From Octopus vulgaris (taxonomy: Eukaryota): DNA of 64,000 bases. Positions 53,231 to 64,000 of this stretch are shown piece after piece (the stretch's first letter is position 1; the number at the start of each line of letters is the position of its first letter). The DNA lies in contig OX597817.1 of assembly GCA_951406725.2 (NCBI GenBank), forward strand, positions 41,788,001 through 41,852,000, given 5' to 3'. The notes below the pieces were generated by a model. It made no database searches. It was not told the DNA's origin and was given only the letters and a program-made list of their open reading frames with translations. The position numbers and the translations under genes were made by a program.

Positions 53231-53672
53231 CATACATACATACATACAAACATATATACATACATACATACATGCATGCATACATACATACATACATACA
53301 TACATACATGCATACATGCATACATACATACATACATGCATGCATACATACATACATGCATGCATGCATACATACATACATACATACATACATGCATACA
53401 TGCATAGATACATACATACATACATACATACATGCATGCATACATACATACATGCATGCATGCATGCATACATACATACATACATGCATGCATGCATGCA
53501 TGCATGCATACATACATACATACATACATGCATAGATACATGCATGCATGCATACATACATACATATATGCATGCATCCATACATGCATACGTGCATACA
53601 TATATACATACATGCATACATACATACGTGCATACATATATACATATGTACATACATACATACATACATACA
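53231..53672. repeat. (CATA)n/(CATG)n compound microsatellite; second tract at ~54082-54231
   Basis: Directly visible tetranucleotide arrays; they are the source of the MYVC and HTYI ORFs. Confidence 0.95.
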
Positions 53673-54081
53673 TGTAAGCACAACAGACCTAGTATAATGA
53701 TTTTGGGATAGAGAAGAAAAACTGTGTACAGTTGTGGAAATTAGCTGCCCAGTGGATGTTAACATAAAGCTGAAGATCAGTGAAAAAAAGAACACCTATG
53801 ATGAACTATTGAGAAATCTGCAGTTACTCTATCCAGATAACAAGTTCAAATTTATACCTGTAATTATTAGGACCCTGGGATATGTAACACACTGCCTAAA
53901 TACCAATCTTGAGAAGTTAGGCTTCTCGAAACCAGAAAGGAGAAAGCTAATTTGAAGACTACAGATCCAATCCATCACTGGAACTGTAAAAATCTGTAAA
54001 ACTTTCCAGAAGTTTATCATTTAAACATATATACGAGCATGTCTAGATATGCAACTATATGCATGAGAATACATGCATAAA
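53673..54081 (+). mobile_element. 5'-truncated RLE (R4/Dong-like) non-LTR retrotransposon 3' end, family 1
   Basis: CKHNRPSIMI/WDREEKLCTVVEISCPVDVN...EKKNTY...FIPVII.TLG...LEKLGF...ITGTVKICKTFQKFII* matches the HNRPD..WD...C.IIE.SCP restriction-like endonuclease domain. One frameshift and one internal stop. Confidence 0.8.
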
Positions 54082-54100
54082 ACATACATACATGCATACA

Positions 54101-54136
<36 letters not shown>

Positions 54137-54202
54137 TATACATACATGCATACATACATACATACACACATGCATGCATGCATGCATGCATACATACATA
54201 CA

Positions 54203-54231
<29 letters not shown>

Positions 54232-54233
<2 letters not shown>

Positions 54234-54470
54234 GCTTAAAGGAGAATCTGGATAAACTGGGATTTTCAGAAAGAGAAATCGACCAGCTAATTCGTACATT
54301 ACAAGTGCAATCTGTGAGTGGAACAATAAAAATATGCAAGACTTTTCTCAAGTTCCAAATGTGAATTTGTCTATGTTAACTGCATCCCAAAGATGGAGCC
54401 TTGTATCTTTGTTGGAAACCAGATCCCTTCTCAGTGAAATATTTATAATATTCAAAAAATAGAAGAGACG
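54232..54470 (+). mobile_element. 5'-truncated RLE retrotransposon 3' end, family 2
   Basis: CLKENLDKLGFSEREIDQLIRTLQVQSVSGTIKICKTFLKFQM* is homologous to but diverged from family 1, has an unrelated 3'UTR, and is followed by TACATATACA. Confidence 0.75.
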
Positions 54471-54754
54471 TACATATACATTTATATATACGTTTTATTT
54501 ATTATTTTGCACAATCGGTATATTATTGTTATTTTATATTTAATATTTCTATTATATGTAATTTTCTAGATGGTGTAATTTAATTGTTCATTTTGAATTG
54601 ATAAAAGGTGTTTTTTTCTAATTTTTATATATATATTATATTTAGTCTTTCTAAATTGAATTTTTCCCTGTAAGTTAGGAATAATATTCCATCAAATTAT
54701 TATATATATATATATCTGTATATGTGTGTGTGAGTGAATGTGTATGTGTGTTTA

Positions 54755-54814
<60 letters not shown>

Positions 54815-55503
54815 CTTGTGTCTGGTTATTTTGACATTGAGTGATAGTTGTAAATCAGCCTGTAGCTAAGTTCATTTTTAATACTCTGTGAAAACATCTC
54901 CAGTCAAGGAGAAATATTACCTTGCTTGGGAAACTGGCGAAGTTTGGCAGCAGGAACAACATCTGGCCACAGAAAAATCCATTTCAACAGATTCTGTCTG
55001 ATGCATACAAACATAGAAAAAAAGCAGACATTAAAACGATGACAAGGACAACGATGATGGTGGTGATGATTGTTAGACACTAAGATACCATAAACTGCAA
55101 TTATGTGTGTAAAGTGCAAATACAATGTACCAAGCGTCAAGCATGAAAACTTAAATTGAAGAGAAGTAAACACTGGATCAATATTTACGTTTACTTAAGA
55201 GAGTTAGGGGGGACAACTCCAAATCTCAAAACATTCAATTAGCTTGGCTATTCTGAGATCCCAATTAATTAAAATTGTAAATAGGCAAGCAGTGATGGAG
55301 AAAATTAATCCAGATTTTAGGAATGACACTGTATATTGTGGTTGTATTCACATCTCATAATTTATGCTTTAGAATTTATCTTCCCGTCGTCTTATCCATA
55401 GACCAGCAGTGTGGATCACATATTTATGTCTTTTACTTGTTGTAGTCAATGGACTATGGTCTTCCCAGGTCACGGCTTTGAATGGTTTTGAATGGTTCTA
55501 GCC

Positions 55504-55812
55504 CAACGTTTTTCAAACTGTGAGTCTTGACCCTTCAGTAGGTCACGAGACAAATAAAATGGGTTGTGTCAAAAGAGGAGGAAAGGAAAAAACACAAGTG
55601 GGGGCAAAGTGTAGAATATGAAGCAGCGTTTTTCAAACTGTGGGTCCTGACTCTTCAGTGGGTCATGAAACAAATAAAATGGGTTGTGTCAAAAAAGAAG
55701 GAAAGGAAAAAAAACCCAAGTGGGGGCAAAGGGCAGAATATGAAGCAGCGTTTTTCAAACCCTGGGTGCTGACCCTTCAGGGGGTTGTACCCAAAAAGTT
55801 TGAAAAATGCTG
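55504..55812. mobile_element. hAT-type MITE with a tandemly amplified ~121-bp left-end unit
   Basis: CA(A/G)CGTTTTTCAAAC at 55504, 55624 and 55746; single right TIR GTTTGAAAAATGCTG; flanks TTCTAGCC / TTCTGGTA. Confidence 0.7.
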
Positions 55813-55971
55813 TTCTGGTAAACCAAATCAATCTCAGTGTTTTTTTTTATATTTTTGAAAGTCTGGTATTTATTCTATCAACCTTTGCCAAACTGCCAAG
55901 TTATGGGAGCATAAACAAAGCAACACTGGCTGTCAAGTAGTGGTGGTGGTGGACAATCACAAAGACACACA

Positions 55972-56011
<40 letters not shown>

Positions 56012-56253
56012 GTCCATTCTGTAAAGTAGTTGATATTAGGAAGGGCATCCAGCTGTTAAAAACCATGCCAAAGCAGACAGCAGACAGCAGAGCTTGGTAC
56101 AGCTCCCCTGTTTATCAGCTCCAGCCAAACTGTGTGACTCATGCCACCTTGGAAGATGGACATTAAACGATGATAATGATGACTGTTTCCATCCACCCAA
56201 ATCACTCACAAAGTGTTAGTCGACGTGGGGCTATAGTACAAGACACTTGTACC

Positions 56254-56484
56254 AGCGGCAAGCTGGCAGAAACGTTAGCACGCCGGGCGAAATGCGTAGC
56301 CGTATTTCGTCTGCTATTATGTTCTGAGTTCAAATTCGGCCGAGGTCGACTTTGCCTTTCATCCTTTCGGGGTCAATAAATTAAGTATCAGTTACGCACT
56401 GGGGTCAATGCAATCAACTTAATCCTTTTGTCTGTCCTTGTTTGTCCCCTCTGTGTTTAGTCTCTTGTGGGTAGTAAAGAAATA
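56254..56484 (+). mobile_element. SINE family C inserted into a family A SINE
   Basis: 18-bp TSD TATAGTACAAGACACTTG at 56232-56249 and 56485-56502. Confidence 0.85.
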
Positions 56485-57711
56485 TATAGTACAAGACACT
56501 TGCCCAAGATGCCATGCAGTAGGACTATACTTGAAATATATGTACCACCTGATCACTAATAGACACTACTATTATCTTGTATGAGGTGAGGCAATATCAA
56601 AAACTGTCATATGTGTCTGCACAAGAGTAGGATAATAGTGTTGAGGTGTTGGCAACTTATTTGAATACAGCCAAGGGAACCTGTATGAGCTCTCTTGATC
56701 TGCAAGGAATTGCAGCCAAATCTCCCTCAAATCTCATCCTGCTGTCTTGAAACAGAAAGAACATGCTTGGTGAGACAATCCTAGACACAGTATGCCTAAA
56801 AGAAGGACAAATGTGGAATGGTCACAGGTGGAATACTTTTGATGCTAAGCCAGCTTTAATAATGCTCACCTGAGATCTATACATCAACATTTGTCATCAT
56901 CATCATCATCATTAGTCTGCTTTCCATGCTGACATGAGTTGGACGGTTTGACTGAGGACTGCTAAACCAGGAAGCTGCACCAGGCTCCAATCTGATCTGG
57001 CAAGGTTTCTACAGCTGGATGCCCTTCCTAATGCCAACCACTCTGAGAGTGAAGCGAGTGCTTTTTATGTGCCACTGACACAGGGGCCAGTCAGGTGGCA
57101 CTGGCATCGGTCATGCTCAAATGGTGCTTTTATGTGCCACCAGCACGGGAGCTAGTCAGATGACACTAGCATCGACCACTCTTGTATGTTGTTTTTACGT
57201 GCACTAGCATGGGAGCCAATCCAGTGGCTCTGGCATCGAACATGCTCAAATGGTGGTTTTTACATGCTACCAGCACAGGTGCCAGTCAGGCGGTACTGGC
57301 ATCGGCCACGATAGCAGTTATTATGCAAATATTATATCCATTTAGAAATTTTAGCTGAACTATGTAAAACCATGGGCATACAGCTGAGAAATCCCTCTTC
57401 TAAGCTCAGGCTTGGGGAAATCTTCTCATGGAAGACCAGAAGTTACCCTTGTGTGTGTGTAAATCTCTCCCCTCTATGCCACCAATGTTGTATGGTGAGT
57501 TCAGTAGCAAGTACAGCCAACTACCACATGTAAGTGAGTGTAGCTTGGTACCATGTAGCATGCTTTCACGAATTGTTGAAGGTGTCTATGTTGTTGCAAA
57601 AGGACATAGACACCCTTTTGGGTTCTCTCCCTCCTTTGACCCGGTGGCTCATCTAGGATGCTGTCTTGTATGAATTAAACAGAAAAATTGACATGAACTA
57701 CTTTCAGTTAT

Positions 57712-57989
57712 GTGGAGGCACATGGGCTAGTGGTTAGAGCAGTAGACTCAAGGTCAAGAGATCACGGGTTCAAATTTCAGACTGGGTGATGTGTGTTTAT
57801 GAGCGAAACATCCAAGCTCCATACGGCTCCGGCAGAAGGTAATGGTGAACTTCTGCTGACTCTTTCACCACAACTATCTCTCACTCTTTTCTCTTGCATC
57901 TAGCATATAGGGGAACCTATATGCCAATGAAACCAGGAAACTGACCCTTATGAGCCAGGCATTGCTCAAGAAAAAATCAAACAACAACA
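57712..57989 (+). mobile_element. tRNA-derived SINE family D (internal deletion)
   Basis: 12-bp TSD ACTTTCAGTTAT at 57700-57711 and 57990-58001; (CAA)n tail. Confidence 0.85.
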
Positions 57990-58320
57990 ACTTTCAGTTA
58001 TAAAAAATTTCACTTTTCCTGGCCATTCTATAAAAAATACATTGAAATAATGTCACTGGGTCACTTACCAAATAGCCTGTAGATAACTATGGTAGATAAA
58101 AACTGTAAATAAATACTAACTGCTTTCCAAGAATGGAAATTTTAACTGACTTTAAAATATTTTTTTTTGAACTTTCCATTTGAAGTGTGCCAATGTTCTT
58201 TTTTTTTATTTTCCATACAAAGAAAGTGCAATAAATTTTGGTTTGATCTCTGGTACTTTACAAGGTACAAAATATGTAGAACCACAGCTATAAAGTAGCA
58301 AATACTGAAATCAAAATTAT

Positions 58321-59140
58321 AAGCAACACTATGGAATATAATACAAAGCCGGAGTACAACACTGTGGAATACAATACATAATCAATGTACAATACTATGG
58401 AAAACTAGACACAGCAAGTATACATCACTATGGAATACAATGCATAGCAAATATACAACATTATGGAATACAACATGTAGCAAGTGTACATTATTATGGA
58501 ATGCAATATGAAGTATGCATAAAACACTGTGGAATACATGAAGCATGTATACAACACTACGGGATATAATGTATATCAAGTATACAACACTATGGAATAC
58601 AACATGTAGCATGTCTGAAACACTAGAAAATACATTACATATCAAGTATATAATACTATGGAATACAACAAGTAGCATGTATACAATACTATGGAATACA
58701 ATATATATCAAGTATACAACACTATGGAATACAACATTTAGCATGTATACAGCACTATGGAACACAACATGTAGCATTATATAACACTATGTAATACAAT
58801 ATATATCAAGTATAAAATGCTATGGAATATAATATATATCAAGTATACAACATTATGGAATACAACATGTAGCATGTCTGCAACACTAGGAAATACAGTA
58901 CATATCAAGTATATAACACTATGGAATACAACATGTAGCATGTATACAATACAATGGAATACAATATATATCAAGTATACAACACTATGGAATACAACAT
59001 GTAGCATGTACACAATACTATGGAATACACCATGTAGCATGTATGCAACACTATGGAATACAACATGTAGCATGTATACAACACCGTGGAATACAATACG
59101 TAGTAAATATACATCATTATGGAATACAATGCATAGCAAG
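58321..59140. repeat. 33-bp minisatellite, ~25 units, two unit types
   Basis: TATACAACACTATGGAATACAA followed by CATGTAGCATG or TATATATCAAG. Confidence 0.92.
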
Positions 59141-60826
59141 TAAGTAGTTTAGTAGTTACCTAGTAGATATAATGCAGTGTCTGGTGCTAAATAACTTCAG
59201 TGGAATCAAATGCAGAGTGTGTGTGCAATCCAAAATTGCAGAAACTCATGTCTAAAGGAAGTTTCATGTGGTAGAGTTTTCTTGAGAAGTGCTTGAGATT
59301 AGATGCTGTTGAAAGAGACCTGGGTGGCATGGCCCCATGGGTGAATGCTCTCAAGATCTTCATTTCTAGAACTGATGCATGTTTGGCAGGTGATTAAAGA
59401 GGCACTGCATTGCATCAGTTATGATGATAAGGGTTCCAGTTGATCCCAACACCAACCGAACAGCTGGCTCGTGAAATTAATGTGTAAGTGGCTGAGCGCT
59501 CCACACACACATGCACCCTTTATGTAGTTCTCAAGGAAATTCGACATGACACAGAATGTGACAAGGCTGGCCCTTTTTTGAAATACAGGTACAACTCATT
59601 TTTGCCAGCTGAGTGGACTGGAGCAACGTGAAATAAAGTGTCTTGCTCAAGGACACAACACGTCACTGGGAATTGAACTCATGATCTTATGATTAGTAGC
59701 CGAAGACCCTAATCACTAAACCACATGCTTTCACTAGTGTTTAAGTTGCATGTGGATGATGCCCAGTTAGGGAAGATTATGGAAGAATGGTCATGCCATT
59801 TGCAATCCATGACTGCAAAAGCACTTGATTCAAATTGTGGTGCTGTGTAGTTAAGAAGTTCATTTTACAACCATGTGGATTCAGGTTCAATCCTTCAGGT
59901 CAACCAAAGTAACGAGAAGGAAATCTTTGGTATATGGAAACTGTATAGAAGCCTATCAAAGGGCACTGTTCATACACATGGGTAATAGACTTAGTTTATT
60001 ACTCTTTTACTTGTTTCAGCCATTTGACTGTGGCCATACTGGAGCACCGCATTTAGTCAAGTAAATCGACCCCAGGGCTTATTCTTTGTAAGCTTAGTAC
60101 TTATTCTATCAGCCTCTTTTGCCAAACCGCTAAGTTATGGGGATGTAAACACACCAGCATCAGTTGTCAAGCAATGTTGGGGGGACAAACACAGACACAA
60201 AAATATACACACACACACACACACATACATATACATATATATATATACACACATATGTATGATGGGCTTCTTTCAGTTTCCATCTGCCAAATCCACTCAC
60301 AAGGCTTTGGTCAGCCTGAGGCTATAGTAGAAGACACTTGTCCAAGATACCACGCAGTGGAACTGAACCTGGAACCATGTGGTTCTTTACAACACATTTC
60401 AATATCTTTAACAGTAATCCACACTATTTTCAAGTATTTAGGTCAGTCTGCTGGTTCGATGATAACTTCTTTCCTTCCTTCCTTCCTCTCACCTGTCTGT
60501 CTTGGAACCTCTAAAAAGGTCAAGGACATTGCTTTTCCTTCTTTGACTAAACCATAATTTATTTTGTTGCTTAAGTGACACATCTAGTGATTTTCCTACA
60601 AAGCATGTAATTAAAATTTCTAAAACTAATTCTTAATTCGTTGCAATTATCTTCCCTTTATATAAGTGCAGGAGTGGCTGTGTGGTACGTAGCTTGCTTA
60701 CCAACCACATGGTTTCGAGATCAGTCCCACTGTGTGGCACCTTGGGCAAGTGTCTTCTACTATAGCCTTGGGCCGACCAAATCCTTGTGAGTGGATTTGG
60801 TAGATGGAAACTGAAAGAGGCCCGTC

Positions 60827-60870
<44 letters not shown>

Positions 60871-61428
60871 ATATGTTTGTGTGTCTGTGTTTGTTCCCCC
60901 AACATCGCTTGACAACCGATGCTGGTGTGTTTATGTCCCCATCACTTAGCGGTTTGGCAAGTGACCGATAGAATAAGTAGTAGGCTTGAATAAGTCCTGG
61001 GGTTGATTTGGTCAACTAAAGGTGGTGCTCCAGCATGGCCGCATTCAAATGACTGAAACAAATAAAAGAATAAAAGAATTATCTTCAGTGCTGCTAAAGA
61101 TTTAGAATTAGTTTTTTTTTCCTTATCCAACTAAAAGGGGAATTTCAGTGAAACTGGGAATGTTTTGCATACATTATTTAGAACATCCCAGTTAACTACT
61201 TATCTGACTAGCAATTTAGTATGAATGAGTTTAAAATCTAGTTATTGATTTCAATTAACTTGATTAGTTTTGCTTAAAAAAAAAAACCTGTCAGACTTTC
61301 GCTGATAGATTTTTTCAATTAACAATTTCTTGGAATATTTGTTCTACACTGAGTTACAAACACTTCCTTGTTGTCTCACCATCAGGAATATGGTGAACCT
61401 GTGATTGGACCAATGGAAACTGCTGGTG

Positions 61429-62003
61429 CTCCTCCCCCTCCCCCTCCCGTCCTTCTCCTCTTCTTCCTCCTTCCCCCTTCTTCCTCCTCCTCCTCTTCCT
61501 CTTTCTCTTCCTCTTTCTCTTCCTCTTTCTCTTCCTCCTCCTCTCCTTTCTCTTCCTCCTCCCCTTCCTCTTCCTCTTCCTCTTCCTCTTCCCCTTCCTC
61601 TTCCCCTTCCTCTTCCCCTTCCTCTTCCTCCTCCTCCCATTTCTCTTTCTCCTCCCCTTCCTTTTCCTCCTCCTCTTATTTCTCTTCCTCCTCCCCTTCC
61701 CCTTCCTCCTCCTCCCCTTCCCCCTTTCTCTTTCTCCTCTTCCTCCTCCCCTTCCTCTTCCTCCTCCCCTTGCTCTTCCTCTTCCTCTTCCTCTTCCTCG
61801 TCCTCTTCGTCCTCCCCCTCCCCTTCGTCCTCCCTTCCCTCTTCCTTTTTCACTTCCCCCTCTTCCTCCTCCTCTTCGTCCCCCCTTCCTCCTCCTCCTT
61901 TTCCTCCTCCCCTTCCTCCTCCTTCTTTTCTTCCTCCACTTCCTCCTCCTCCTATTCCTCCTTCTCTTCCACCACCACCACCACCACCACCACCACCATC
62001 ATC
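61429..62003. repeat. Long polypyrimidine/polypurine low-complexity tract ending in (CCA)n
   Basis: ~540 bp of almost exclusively C/T (CCT, CTT, CCTCTT repeats), then CCACCA. Confidence 0.95.
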
Positions 62004-62381
62004 ATTTATTGCCATTGTGAGATGTCTAGAGGAGGAGAGACACAAAGACGTACACATAAATACACACAAACTCAGACACATGCATGCGCATGTACACACC
62101 CACACACACACACACAAACACACACACAAATCTCTGTTGGTTCACCAAAAGCAATAAATTACAAGACTCAATGAAAATGTAAAGTATTCTTTAATACATT
62201 ATAATGTAATAATATTACCACAAGAACCAGAAATGAAATAAAGCGTAGGAACTCAAAGCAGCCATATATATGCCAGTGGCACTTAAAAATTATCCAGCAC
62301 ACACTGTAAAGTGGTTGACATATTACTAAGGTTCTATGTGTAAACCACTATCAAATTCTTATAAATTTAGTTACCCATATC

Positions 62382-63091
62382 CAGCGCTGAATTAACCATT
62401 AAGCAAAATAAGGGAAGGAGGGCACTATGGAAACGGTAAATGATTTATGACACAAAAAATGAAGAATCACTTTAAAGTTGCTAAAATAATATTCGAAGTG
62501 GTTTATATGGTCAGAAATGTGATTTCGAAGTGTTCATGGTGTCAAAGTAAAACTCTGATTGAAGACTTTGCAGTTAAAAAAAATAGGAGAAAACTTTTCA
62601 GATATGAATTCAGTGGAAGTATACAAAAATGAGTGGAGGCACATGGCCTAGTGGTTAGAGCAGCGGACTTGTGGTTGAAGGATCGTGGGTTCGAATCTCA
62701 GACTGGGCGATGTGTATGTTTATGAGTGAAACACCTAAGCTCCACATGGCTCCGGCAGAAGGTAATGGTGAACTTCTGCTGACTCTTTCACCACAACTTT
62801 CTCTCACTCTTTCCTCCTGCATCTTGCAGCTCACCTGCGATGGACTGGCGTCCCATCCAGGTAGGGAACTTATATGCTAAGGAAACCAGGTGTGGCTTGA
62901 GAAGGGACAAACAACAACATACAAAAATGAACATTATTTTCCATCTTACTGTTAGCTTTGTTTCATTTTGAAAATTAAAAATTTATTTCATGGTTTATTA
63001 TTGTTTATATTTTGAATTAGATATATTTAATACATGGTGGCACCAAAATCTCTTAAGTGCTTAGAGCCTCTGTGGATCTTAACCTGGCCCT
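62382..63091. mobile_element. hAT-like MITE interrupted by a family D SINE
   Basis: Ends CAGCGCTGAATTAA ... TTAACCTGGCCCTA, resembling CAGGGCCGGATTAA TIRs. Confidence 0.5.
62633..62918 (+). mobile_element. tRNA-derived SINE family D with V-domain-like segment
   Basis: A-box TGGCCTAGTGG, B-box GGTTCGAATC, CTGCGATGGACTGGCGTCCCATCCAGG (V-SINE-like); 12-bp TSD ATACAAAAATGA at 62621-62632 and 62919-62930. Confidence 0.85.
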
Positions 63092-63147
63092 ACCATTATT
63101 ACTGATACAGACCAAGGCAGCAAGCTGGTAGAATCTTTTGTACATCA

Positions 63148-63757
63148 AGGTGGCGAGCTGGCAGAAACATTAGCATGCCAGGCGAAATGTGTAGCTGTAT
63201 TTTGTCTGCCGTTACATTCAGAATTCAAATTCCGCTGAGGTCGACTTTCCCTTTCATCCTTTACGGGTTGATAAATTAAGTACCAGTTATGCACTGGGGT
63301 CGATGTAATTGACTTAATCCGTTTGTATGTCCTTGTTTGTCCCCTCTGTGTTTAGCCCCTTGTGGGTAGTAAAGAAATAGGTATTTCATCTGTCTTTATG
63401 TTCTGAGTTCAAATTCTGCTGAGGTCGGCTTTGTCTTTCATCCTTTCGAGGTTGATAAATTAAGTACCAGTTACACACTGGGGTTGATGTAATCGACTTA
63501 ATCCGTTTGTCTGTCCTTGTTTGTCCCCTCTGTGTTTAGCCCCCTGTGGGCAATAAAGAAAAAAGAAACGGTTGCATGCCAGGTGAAACGCTTAGCGGTA
63601 TTTCGTTTGTCTTTACGTTCTGAGTTCAAATTCCGTTGAGATTGACTTTGCCTTTCTTCCTTTCAGGGTCAATAAATTAAGTACCAGTTGCGTACTGGGG
63701 CTATCTAATTGACTGGCTCCTCTCCCAAAATTTTGGGCCTCGTGCCTAGAGTAGAAA
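63148..63757 (+). mobile_element. SINE family C, trimeric form, inserted in the head of an older family C copy
   Basis: TSD AGAATCTTT(T/A)G(T/C)ACATCA at 63130-63147 and 63758-63775; junction AAATAG|GTATTTC at 63380/63381. Confidence 0.8.
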
Positions 63758-64000
63758 AGAATCTTTAGCACATCAGACAAAATGCTTAGCAGCATTTCTT
63801 TTGTGTTTTTTTTATTTTTATGCTCTGAGTTCAAATCCTACGGAGGCCAACTTTGCACTTCAGTTTTTCAGGTCTGAGTACTGTGAAGAAATTGACTATC
63901 CTCCCAACTCTTAAAATTGACAGTTTTTGATATCTTGGTATCTGAAAGCAGCTGGAGACACAATAGTTTGATCAAAAAGAACCAGCTATTGCAAGCAAAA

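Noticed and set aside
53018-54351. Many MYVC/HTYI repeat ORFs
   Set aside because: Translations of (CATA/CATG)n; only the embedded RLE segments are real coding remnants.
58321-59140. CRISPR-like look of a constant core with variable segments
   Set aside because: The variable parts are only 11 bp and recur as two types; no unique spacers, no cas genes, eukaryotic context.
61344-62174. ORFs of 250-268 aa (poly-Pro, poly-Ser, Gly/Arg/Glu-rich)
   Set aside because: Stop-free by composition of the C/T tract; open in several frames, with no splice or domain evidence.
62633-62710. tRNA gene candidate
   Set aside because: A and B boxes are present but continue into a SINE body with a tail and TSD; a SINE head, not a tRNA. 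The same applies to the other SINE heads.

Overview
AT-rich, repeat-dense eukaryotic DNA. The SINE, MITE and microsatellite repertoire points to a coleoid cephalopod, probably Octopus (inferred from repeat recognition). Almost all listed ORFs are microsatellite or TE artefacts. The only host coding sequence I can support is missing from the ORF track: a 55-nt first coding exon on the minus strand (30863-30809, MATDKVKVAVRVRPMNRR|GTGAGT) of a kinesin-3 KIF13/Khc-73 gene. It sits in a CpG-retaining, TE-poor promoter region, and the ~30 kb to its left appears to be intron 1. The rest is layered TEs: several tRNA-derived SINE families, a near full-length decayed RTE LINE and other RTE/CR1-like pieces, an internally deleted D34D mariner, a decayed Chapaev3-like transposase, and nested piggyBac-, Tc2-, Tigger- and hAT-type MITEs. 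The most notable observations are: two different RLE (R4/Dong-like) retrotransposon ends stacked in one (CATA)n microsatellite; a well-formed type I hammerhead ribozyme core plus a second, decayed one, both in (TA)n-flanked Penelope-like fragments; a trimeric SINE mobilised as one unit; a 171-bp foldback element in the intron; and a 33-bp minisatellite with higher-order structure. I found no evidence of a multi-gene novel system.
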